Sequence record: NZ_CP067423.1
Length of the DNA stretch: 64,000 nt
Direction: 5' to 3' (one strand)
DNA from: a plasmid
Position numbers and translations under genes: made by a program. Below, in pieces: positions 54,289 to 62,278 of the stretch (its first letter is position 1; every line of letters begins with the position of its first letter). Under the pieces are notes generated by a model. It made no database searches. It saw nothing but the letters and a program-made list of their open reading frames with translations, and was not told the origin of the DNA.

Positions 54289-56499
54289 TCAGGTTGCGTG
54301 TTCCCGCTGAGCCACCGGACCAGCGGCCTCGAGGTCTTCCGGCAGGTAGTGCGCGAGCCGGCTGATCTGCTCGGCGGTGACGGCGCGGGAGAACAGCCAG
54401 CCCTGGAGGTGATCGCAGCCGGCCCGGCGCATCAGCTCGGCCTGCCTTTCGGTCTCGACGCCTTCGGCCACGACCTGCATGTCGAGGGCGCGGGCGACGG
54501 CGACGCTGGCCTGCACCAGCGCCTGGGCGGTGGCGCTGTCGACGGCATCGACGATCATCGAGCGGTCGAGCTTCAGCTTGTCGAAGCGGAACTGGCGCAA
54601 AAACCCGATGCTGGCGTAGCCGGTGCCGAAATCGTCGAGCGCCACCGTGACGCCGAGCCGCTTCAGCTGGTCCAGCACCCGCTCCGCGACATCGGGCGAA
54701 CCGACCAGGTAGGTTTCCGTGATCTCCAGCTCCAAACGCGCTGGCGGGAAGCCGGTCTCGGCCAGGATGCCGGCCAGCGAAGCGGGGAAACCAGGATTGC
54801 GCAGCTGCGCCGCCGAAACGTTGACAGCTACCTTCAGATCCGGCCAGGTCAGCGCCTCGGCGCAGGCGCGCTGGAGGACAAACAGGCCGAGCGCGTCGAT
54901 CAGCCCGCTCTCCTCGGCGATCGGCACGAACTCGGCCGGACTGACCACGCCCAGCACCGGGCTGGTCCAGCGCAGCAGCGCCTCGACGCTCGACACCGCC
55001 CGGTCGCGCGCCCGCACCAGCGGCTGATAGACCACTGTCAGGCCCTGATCGGTCAGCAGGCTGGCCCGCAGCTCGGTCTCAATCCGGTGAGCCTTCTGCC
55101 GGGCCTGGTCAAGTGCGGCGTCGAAGACGCACAGGCGCATCCTGCCGGCGTGCTTGGCGGCGTACATCGCGACGTCGGCCCGGCGGATCAGCTCCTCCGT
55201 GCTCAGCTCGCCGCGCCGGCGGTCGGCGAAACCGATGCTGGCGCCGATCAGAACGGTGCGCTCGCCCAGATGGAAGGGAGCGGCGAGACGATCGAGCAGG
55301 AGGGCGGCCACCGCCCGGGCGCGTGCCGGCGCCTCGCCGCCGGTGAAGACCAGGGCGAACTCGTCGCCGCCCAGCCGGGCGATGAACCCGGCCGGCCCGG
55401 CGAGCTCGCGCAGCAGGCGGGCCACCGCCAGGATCAGCTCGTCGCCGACGCCGTGGCCGTAGCAGTCGTTGACGCCCTTGAAGCCATCGAGATCGAGCAG
55501 CAGCAGCACGGTCGCGTCTTTGGCCTGGTCGAGCTCGACGAGCAGGGAGCGTCGGTTAGGCAGGCCGCTGAGCCCGTCGACCAGGGCCTGCCGGGCCAGC
55601 GAGACGAGCGAGCCCAGCCCCTGTGCGGCAACAAACCACAGCAGACCGGCGGTGATCGTGAGCGCGCCGAGCACCGACGGCAGGGCCGTGCGCAGCGCCT
55701 CGAGGCCGGGCTCGGCGCGCCGCCACGACAGCGTCCCGATCGCCTCCCCGAGGCTGTCCCGCAGGGTCAGGGCGCTGCGATCCGAAGCCGGAGGACCGGG
55801 CCTGAGATCCTCGACCAGCAGCGTGTTCGCCATTTCGTCGAGCATCGGCTGGGACAGCTGCTGGGAGAACACCAGCCGGTGCGGGTGATCGCCGGCAATC
55901 CGCTGCGCCAGGGCCGGCGAGGTTGGAACGATGTTGGCGATGCCGATGATGGCCGGTCCGGCATCGGTCCGGACCAGGCCGCCGACCGGCTCGGTACCCC
56001 GGGGATCGAGGGTGGCGAGCAGCGCATCGAGAGCGGGGCCGTAGAGCGACGCCGCCGACTGCATTGTCGGCTGTCCTCCGGCAAAACCGCTGATCGTGGC
56101 ATCCCCGGCATTGAGGATGAACATGCTGTCGTAGTTGTGGCCCTCGCCGGTCAGGATGCCCCAGGTGCGTTCGACGAAGTCGAGGTCCAGCGGCCCGTAG
56201 ATGGCCCGCACCGCGTCATCCCAGTAGCCGTTGTCGCCGGCCTGGGCGGCGATGCGCCGGAAGGTCAGCTCGAGGCTTGCACCGACGGCCTGCACCGCCC
56301 GCTCCTGATCGATCCGGTTGGCTTCCCGCGCCGTGTGGATCAGGCTGTAGGCCAGCACCGCAGCGAACAGCAGAAACAGGACCAGCGGCGGCAGCAGAAC
56401 GCGTCGCCGTTCCGCACCCAGTACTATGGATCGAGAAAAGGCCGGCCTCGAAGCGCACAGGCCATCCCGGGAGCGTTTGTTCTGGTGAAGGCGCATCAT
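54289..56499 (-). CDS. membrane-anchored sensor GGDEF-EAL protein (diguanylate cyclase/phosphodiesterase)
   Basis: Two TMs flanking a periplasmic domain. GGDEF (RLGGDEFALVF), EAL (EALLRW), and downstream DDFGTGYASIGFL and QGWLFSRA motifs. Confidence 0.9.
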   Translation of the reverse strand: MMRLHQNKRSRDGLCASRPAFSRSIVLGAERRRVLLPPLVLFLLFAAVLAYSLIHTAREANRIDQERAVQAVGASLELTFRRIAAQAGDNGYWDDAVRAIYGPLDLDFVERTWGILTGEGHNYDSMFILNAGDATISGFAGGQPTMQSAASLYGPALDALLATLDPRGTEPVGGLVRTDAGPAIIGIANIVPTSPALAQRIAGDHPHRLVFSQQLSQPMLDEMANTLLVEDLRPGPPASDRSALTLRDSLGEAIGTLSWRRAEPGLEALRTALPSVLGALTITAGLLWFVAAQGLGSLVSLARQALVDGLSGLPNRRSLLVELDQAKDATVLLLLDLDGFKGVNDCYGHGVGDELILAVARLLRELAGPAGFIARLGGDEFALVFTGGEAPARARAVAALLLDRLAAPFHLGERTVLIGASIGFADRRRGELSTEELIRRADVAMYAAKHAGRMRLCVFDAALDQARQKAHRIETELRASLLTDQGLTVVYQPLVRARDRAVSSVEALLRWTSPVLGVVSPAEFVPIAEESGLIDALGLFVLQRACAEALTWPDLKVAVNVSAAQLRNPGFPASLAGILAETGFPPARLELEITETYLVGSPDVAERVLDQLKRLGVTVALDDFGTGYASIGFLRQFRFDKLKLDRSMIVDAVDSATAQALVQASVAVARALDMQVVAEGVETERQAELMRRAGCDHLQGWLFSRAVTAEQISRLAHYLPEDLEAAGPVAQREHAT

Positions 56500-56786
56500 T
56501 TACTCAGCTATATTTTTTGAAGGCAGTTATGTTTATGGTGGAGAAAGGGAGCGATCTCGGCTTCAGCGGCAGTGTTGACATCAGGGCCTGCAAGTCATCC
56601 TGAACTCCAGTCCCGGCGCACTTTCCATGAATACTGATAAAGATAGATTTATGGACGATTAAGGCATCCGTGCGTGGTGTATGACGCACGGGCTATGGCG
56701 GAAACTGGGTGATGAGGAGATGAGGGAGGCGGCGTATCGAGATAGGTGCTTGAAGCCTGCCTGAACCTCCAGAGGGGCGATACGCC

Positions 56787-57060
56787 ATGAACGAGGATAG
56801 CAGCATTGTCCGGTTTCGCCAGCCCGACACAATCGACGATCTCCTGACGGCCTTCACCCTCTATGAACACATCTCCCATGCATGGACAAAGGAGCCACAA
56901 CGGTTCAACCTCAATCCGCTCCACCAAATGCCGGGATTAAACATCTAGCTTTGAAAGGTCGCCGGTTCGAAACCTGGACCGAGATCGAGCAGGCCGTTGA
57001 ACGCGCCACCGCCTACTGGAATGAGCACAAGCATTCCTCCATCTGGAGACGCTGACGGCA
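56787..57060 (+). pseudogene. transposase remnant (IS630-like C-terminal fragment)
   Basis: Frames give ...RRFETWTEIEQAVERATAYWNEHKHSSIW (resembles the IS630 transposase C-terminus in this window, AITAYIDDRNADPKPFRW). No intact ORF. Confidence 0.35.
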
Positions 57061-57697
57061 CCACCGCCAAGCCCGCCGTCTCGGTGTTGCCACCTTCCCA
57101 GCAATCTCACTGATTGAGCGGATGTACCACTAAGGCACCCACATCTTAATTTTTAGAAATCAGGCGTCTATTGGGGTTACGGAACTTTAATGATGATCAG
57201 GAGGTAAAAGAAACGGCATTCATGAGATAAATATCGGCAGGACTTAAATACATCGTTATTACAGCTTGTGACAAATTTTCTTGAAGTTGAGCAAATCAAA
57301 CAATCAATGTGCTGCCTCATCTCTAATCATACGATATGATCATGATGGAAAAATCGTATAAGCTTTACAATAGATGAAACTAAAACAAAAAATAATGCTG
57401 AAAAATATCTTATCTTTTATGTAAATTACTTGCCTATCTGCCGTGATTGTTCGTTTTATAGATCGACAACTTTTGAGAGGTGGCGAGCATGGATGAGGTT
57501 CATCCCCGAATTCGGTCGCTTGTTGAACTGTGGCAGCTGAGGTGCGGGCCGGACGACATCCCTTGGCGCAGTGACCTCAGCGTTTTCGCGCTGAAGCCGT
57601 GGCTGGGCTGCCTGACCATCTTTGAGGAAATCGAGAAGGGCAGCGATTATCTCGTTCGCCTCGATGGTCAGGGCGTTGTCGAATTGACCGGCGCCGA

Positions 57698-58666
57698 GGG
57701 TTTTGTCAGATCTCAGGGCAGCTTGCCGAGAGCGCTTGCAGCGGATAGGTTCCCGAGCCCATTTTGAGAGATCAAGAGAGCCGCCATGGACTGCCCGCAC
57801 TGCCGCTCGTCGGCGACTACGGAGCGGGAGGGGCGAACGGTTCATGGCTTCCGGCGGTTTCGGTGCCGGGATTGTGGGCGGCGGTTCAACGAGCGGACCG
57901 GCACGGCGCTGAACCGGGTCCAGGTCCCGACGGACATCGTGTTTCTCGTGGTCTTCTGGAGATTGCGCTACAAGCTGAGCCTGCGTGATCTGGCGGAGAT
58001 GTTCCTGATCCGGGGCATCGTGTTCACCCACGAGGCGGTGCGAGATTGGGAAGCCAAACTGGCGCCACTGCTCAGTGAGGGCCTACGTAAGCGGCGGGCT
58101 GGCAAAGCCGGCCGCTGCTGGCACGTCGACGAGACGTATCTCAAAGTCGCCGGCAAATGGTGCTATCTCTACCGGGCGATCGATCGCGACGGTAACCTGG
58201 TCGACGTCTACCTCAGCAAAAGCCGCGACATGGCAGCGGCCAAGGCTTTCCTTCGTTCCGCCAGGTCGGTCACCCAGGTCGAGCCCGAGCAGGTCACAAC
58301 CGACGGCCATACCAGCTACCCTAAGGCCATAACCGACGAACTCGGCACGGACGTCGATCACCGCACCAGTCAGTACAAAAACAACGTGATCGAGCAGAAT
58401 CACCGGAGCATAAAAGCACGCTATCGACCGATGCGCGGCTTCAAGAATTTTGATGCGGCTCATCGCTTCTGCCGCGCCTTCGACGAGGTCCACAACTTCC
58501 TGCGATCGGCCAGCTACATCAACCAGAACGTCTCCCTCGCCCGCCGCCGGACCATCCACGTGCAGCGGGTGGCCGCGTTGCGGGATCTGATCTCCGTCGC
58601 ATAATACAGCTTCTGGTAGTCAGACGCTTGTTCAATGCTCAACTTGCCCCGAAAGCTGACAGATCC
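57698..58666 (+). mobile_element. IS6-family insertion sequence, copy 2
   Basis: Identical to copy 1 (49015..49985). Left junction fuses to a truncated ORF (57489-57697). Right junction truncates virB8. Confidence 0.85.
57786..58604 (+). CDS. IS6-family transposase, copy 2
   Basis: Protein identical to 49105..49923. Confidence 0.9.
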   Translation: MDCPHCRSSATTEREGRTVHGFRRFRCRDCGRRFNERTGTALNRVQVPTDIVFLVVFWRLRYKLSLRDLAEMFLIRGIVFTHEAVRDWEAKLAPLLSEGLRKRRAGKAGRCWHVDETYLKVAGKWCYLYRAIDRDGNLVDVYLSKSRDMAAAKAFLRSARSVTQVEPEQVTTDGHTSYPKAITDELGTDVDHRTSQYKNNVIEQNHRSIKARYRPMRGFKNFDAAHRFCRAFDEVHNFLRSASYINQNVSLARRRTIHVQRVAALRDLISVA

Positions 58667-59083
58667 CGCGAGAGCTGGTCGGCTGGGAACGCCGGATGGG
58701 CTTGGACGATGGTCTCGGCCTTGTCGGCGCCACGCGTCCGCGAGAGCTTCCAGAACTGGTATCGCGCCGACAATCCGCAAAGCCCGGCGCAGATCTACAA
58801 GGATATGACGGTCGAGACAAATTTCGTCCGATGGGAGCCGATCTGCCCGGTCGAGAAAGCCTGCATCGCCGACGGCCCTCCCGCCTATCGCGTCTGGTTC
58901 GACCGGGTCGAGACGCTGCCGGACGGCAAGCCGATGCCACCGGTTCGCTATGCCGCGACAGTCGCGATCAAGCGGAACGTCGAACTTCCACAGGACAGGA
59001 TCTGGCAGCGCTGGACCTTCAACGCCCCGCAGATCCAGGTCATCGAGTACGCAGGCGCCCAGCGCGAAGGAGTCAGCAGGTGA
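58667..59083 (+). pseudogene. virB8: 3' fragment of a virB8-like gene truncated by IS6 copy 2
   Basis: Reading frame without an own start encodes a VirB8 C-terminal periplasmic domain (...SFQNWYRADNPQSPAQIYKDMTVETNFVRWEPI...YRVWFDRVE...). Its TGA overlaps the virB9 ATG. The ORF-track start MFNAQ lies inside IS sequence. Confidence 0.6.
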
Positions 59084-60102
59084 TGAACAAAGCACCCCGG
59101 ATCGGCTCGATGGCAGCCGTGGCACTGGCACTGATGTCCTCGGCCGCCACCGCCGCCGAAGTGCCGCAGCCGTGCGGGCCCGATCCGCGTGAGCGCTGCA
59201 TCGCCTACGATCCGAGCCAGATCATCAGCCTGTTCCTGGTGCCCGGCGCCACGACCACTCTTCAGTTGCCTGACAATGAAGTCGTCTACAGCGTCGGCAC
59301 ATCGGATAACGAGATCATCAGCGGCAGGCCGCCGGTCGAACGGGTCGCCACCGGCCAGTCCGCCACCGCCGACGACAATCTTCAGATTCATATGCCGGGC
59401 TCCGACGCCAACCCGTCAAAGTTCCTGATGGTCAAGGCGCTGCGCCACCTCGAGCCGCAGCCGTTCACCGTCATCGGCGTGTGGACGAACCCGGTCACCG
59501 GCAAGCAGGACCATCGTCGCCATTCCTTCGAACTCAGCACCATCCCCGGCGGTCCGCAGACGCCTGACACCTTCTTCTCCGTCGTCTTCTCCGACCCCGT
59601 CGCTGCGAAGATCCTCAAGGAAGCCGAGCGGAAGGAGCGCCAGAAGCTCTGGCAGGAAAAGCAGGAGAAGCTCCAGGCACAGGCCGTGGCCGACCGGCTG
59701 ACGCAGGTTCAGCAGTCCGTCCTCGCCCACAACGTAGCCTATGACGGCCAGGGCACCGACGCCGACCGCATCGCCCTGGCGCCGACGGCGCCGGTCGGGC
59801 TGGATGCGATGTGGGACGATGGCCAGCGCACGTATCTGCGCTATCCCGGAAACCGCCCCGTGCCCCTGGCCTACCAGGTCATGCCCGATAGTTCGGAATC
59901 CGTTATCGGTCAGAGCACCGTGGTCGACTCAGCGACCAAGGGCAGCCTGCTGATCATCCACGGCGTCGTGCCGATGCTCCGGCTGCGCGACGGCAACTCC
60001 GTGCTCTGCATCACGAACAACGCCTATGACCCGGTGGGACACCGGACCGGAACCGGTACTGTCGACCCCGGCGTCTTGCGCCAAGTCAGGAGTGGGTCGT
60101 AA
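59083..60102 (+). CDS. virB9: T4SS-3 VirB9-like protein
   Basis: True start MNKAPRIGSMAAVALALMSSAATA (signal peptide); beta-rich domains with a central charged coiled segment. Positioned between virB8 and virB10 with overlapping stop/start codons. Confidence 0.7.
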   Translation: MNKAPRIGSMAAVALALMSSAATAAEVPQPCGPDPRERCIAYDPSQIISLFLVPGATTTLQLPDNEVVYSVGTSDNEIISGRPPVERVATGQSATADDNLQIHMPGSDANPSKFLMVKALRHLEPQPFTVIGVWTNPVTGKQDHRRHSFELSTIPGGPQTPDTFFSVVFSDPVAAKILKEAERKERQKLWQEKQEKLQAQAVADRLTQVQQSVLAHNVAYDGQGTDADRIALAPTAPVGLDAMWDDGQRTYLRYPGNRPVPLAYQVMPDSSESVIGQSTVVDSATKGSLLIIHGVVPMLRLRDGNSVLCITNNAYDPVGHRTGTGTVDPGVLRQVRSGS

Positions 60103-61217
60103 TGCTCGGGAACACCATCACTCCGCAGACCGACGCCACGACGTCGCAGATCGCCGGACCCAGGGAGAGCAGGAAGAAGAAACTCGGCAAGGCGCTGCTC
60201 GGCACCATCACCATCATCGCCGCCGGCTGGTTCATCCTGACCGACAGCCCGCCGCCGCCGGTCGAAGCCGACCGCAGCACCGTCGCCCGCAACGGTGAGA
60301 TCGGCAGCGCCTTCGCGCCGATCCCGCCATCAGCTCCATCGGCAACGCCGACCACCACGAAGCCGCCCCTGCCGCCGGCAAGGCCGACAGGCACGGGCAT
60401 GCCGAGCGTGCCCACCATCCTGGCTCGACCTGTCGTTCGGCCGCCGATCTCGGCACTGCAGACGAGTGGAGGACTCAAGACCGCCGCCGCGAATCCCACT
60501 GCACCGACGTCGTCTACCGCAGGCGGCGTCGAAAGCATCTCCGCCATGAACGGCGGCGGCGGTAGTGATCGGCTGGACGAAGGCCTCGAGGCAGGACGCG
60601 ACGGCGGTACGGTTTCCGCAACGATGCTGCCGGACCGCAACCTGTTCATGACAATGGGGACGCCGATCCCCTGCATTCTGGAGCAGCCGATCAACACGCA
60701 GGTTCCCGGCCCCTTCCGGTGCAAGGTTCGCGGACCGGTCTACAGCACGTCCGGCGCGGTGCCGCTGCTGGACGATGGCACCTGGGCGTTCGGGCGCGTC
60801 GCTCAGCACCTGGAGCGCGGGATGGATCGCGCGTTCGCCGTGGTCACCCGGCTGGAGACACCGCAGGGCTGTCTGATCAAGTTGCGGGCCTCACTGGGCG
60901 ACCAGCTTGGAACCCCCGGCATCGACGGTGAGGTCGACACCCACTTCTTCGAGCGGTTCCGCGGCGTCGCCATGATCGCCCTGCTCGATGCCGCCGGTCA
61001 GGCCGCCGCGATCGGCGCGTCTAACGCCATTGGCGCCGACAGCGGCATCTCGTTCAACCAGTTCCAGAGCGGCAGCAAGAACCTCGCCCAGGGCAGCTAC
61101 GGCGACGACATCGACATCCCCCCGACTCTCCGCCGGGCCCAGGCGGCGCAGGTGCTGATCATGGCGATGGACGACATCGACATGCGGCCGTGCTTCTCGC
61201 TGACGATGGCCCGCTAA
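60102..61217 (+). CDS. virB10: T4SS-3 VirB10-like protein
   Basis: N-terminal TM (LLGTITIIAAGWFIL), Pro-rich linker (PPPPVEA...TTTKPPLPPARP), C-terminal barrel domain. Start TAATG overlaps the virB9 stop. Confidence 0.8.
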   Translation: MLGNTITPQTDATTSQIAGPRESRKKKLGKALLGTITIIAAGWFILTDSPPPPVEADRSTVARNGEIGSAFAPIPPSAPSATPTTTKPPLPPARPTGTGMPSVPTILARPVVRPPISALQTSGGLKTAAANPTAPTSSTAGGVESISAMNGGGGSDRLDEGLEAGRDGGTVSATMLPDRNLFMTMGTPIPCILEQPINTQVPGPFRCKVRGPVYSTSGAVPLLDDGTWAFGRVAQHLERGMDRAFAVVTRLETPQGCLIKLRASLGDQLGTPGIDGEVDTHFFERFRGVAMIALLDAAGQAAAIGASNAIGADSGISFNQFQSGSKNLAQGSYGDDIDIPPTLRRAQAAQVLIMAMDDIDMRPCFSLTMAR

Positions 61218-61240
61218 CCCGATCACCAAAGGACACGGAC

Positions 61241-62278
61241 ATGAACCACCAACACGCGGCCCTTCCCCTGCTCGACTTCGCCCTCACACCGTTCGCCGAG
61301 TTCATGGCCGACGACATGGTCGAGGACATCATCATGAATCGGCCCAATGAAGTGTTCGTCCGGCGCGGGGCGACGACCACGCGCCACGAGGTCGCGGTTG
61401 ACTTCGTCGATCAGCAGGGTATCGCCATCCTGGCCGCCGCCATCAAGGGCCAGAACGTGGGCAAGGCGACGCCGCTGCTGTCCTGTGATCTGCCCGGCGG
61501 TACCCGCCTGCAGGCCGTGCTGCCGCCCTGCGTCAACGACGGCACCGTGGCGCTGGCCATCAGGCGGGCGAAGAAGACGTCACCGACGCTCGACCAGCTC
61601 GCCGCCGGCGGTATCTTCTCCGGTGTCGAGCCGCTGCGGGATGGCCTCTCCCGCGACACGGAAGCCCTGGTCGCCCTCTACCACGAGGCATGCCGCGCCA
61701 CCGGGCCCGATGAACGCCATCACGCCTGGACCGCCTTCCTGCGTGCCACCATGAAAGCCCGCATGACGCATGTCCTGTGCGGCGAGGTCGGGTCCGGCAA
61801 GACCTTCTTCGGCATGGGGCTGGCCAACGAGATCCCGCTGGACGACCGGCTGGTCACGGTTCAGGACAGCGACGAATGGAGCGCCCTACCCCACCGGAAC
61901 CGTACCGATCTGTTCTACAGCAAAGGCGGTCAGGGAGCCGCCAACGTCACACCGAATGATCTGGTTGAGGCATCGCTGCGGCTGGCCATGCGGTGGTTGC
62001 TGCTCCAGGAGCTGCGCGGCGCTGAAGCCTTCTCGTTCCTGCGGGCCCGCCGCTCCGGACATCCCGGCCTGACCACCTGCCACGCCTCCAGCACGCGCGA
62101 GGTCTTCCCAACGCTGGCGCTGATGGTCAAGCAGGCACCGGCCGCCTCCAGCGTCGAGCTGCCCGACATCGAGGCGTCACTGAAGAGCCTGATCGACGTC
62201 GTGGTTCACTTCCACCGGCCCGAGGGACGCTTCGCCGTTTCCGAAGTATGGTTCCGGTATGCGGAGGCCGCAGCATGA
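61241..62278 (+). CDS. virB11: T4SS-3 VirB11-like ATPase
   Basis: Start MNHQHAALPLLDF; Walker A LCGEVGSGKTFF; LLQELRGAEA and TTCHASS motifs. Stop overlaps the virD4 ATG. Confidence 0.9.
   Translation: MNHQHAALPLLDFALTPFAEFMADDMVEDIIMNRPNEVFVRRGATTTRHEVAVDFVDQQGIAILAAAIKGQNVGKATPLLSCDLPGGTRLQAVLPPCVNDGTVALAIRRAKKTSPTLDQLAAGGIFSGVEPLRDGLSRDTEALVALYHEACRATGPDERHHAWTAFLRATMKARMTHVLCGEVGSGKTFFGMGLANEIPLDDRLVTVQDSDEWSALPHRNRTDLFYSKGGQGAANVTPNDLVEASLRLAMRWLLLQELRGAEAFSFLRARRSGHPGLTTCHASSTREVFPTLALMVKQAPAASSVELPDIEASLKSLIDVVVHFHRPEGRFAVSEVWFRYAEAAA

Larger units (their letters stand above)
49015..58666 (+). mobile_element. IS6-bounded pseudo-compound transposon (~9.65 kb) carrying Toprim primase-like gene, wHTH gene, GGDEF-EAL gene and AT-rich island
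   Basis: Two identical IS6 copies in direct orientation bracket 49986-57697. Both outer junctions truncate genes (resolvase at left, virB8 at right). Confidence 0.6.

Noticed and set aside
54238-56520. 760-aa plus-strand ORF
   Set aside because: Antisense to the GGDEF-EAL gene, which has unambiguous catalytic motifs on the minus strand.
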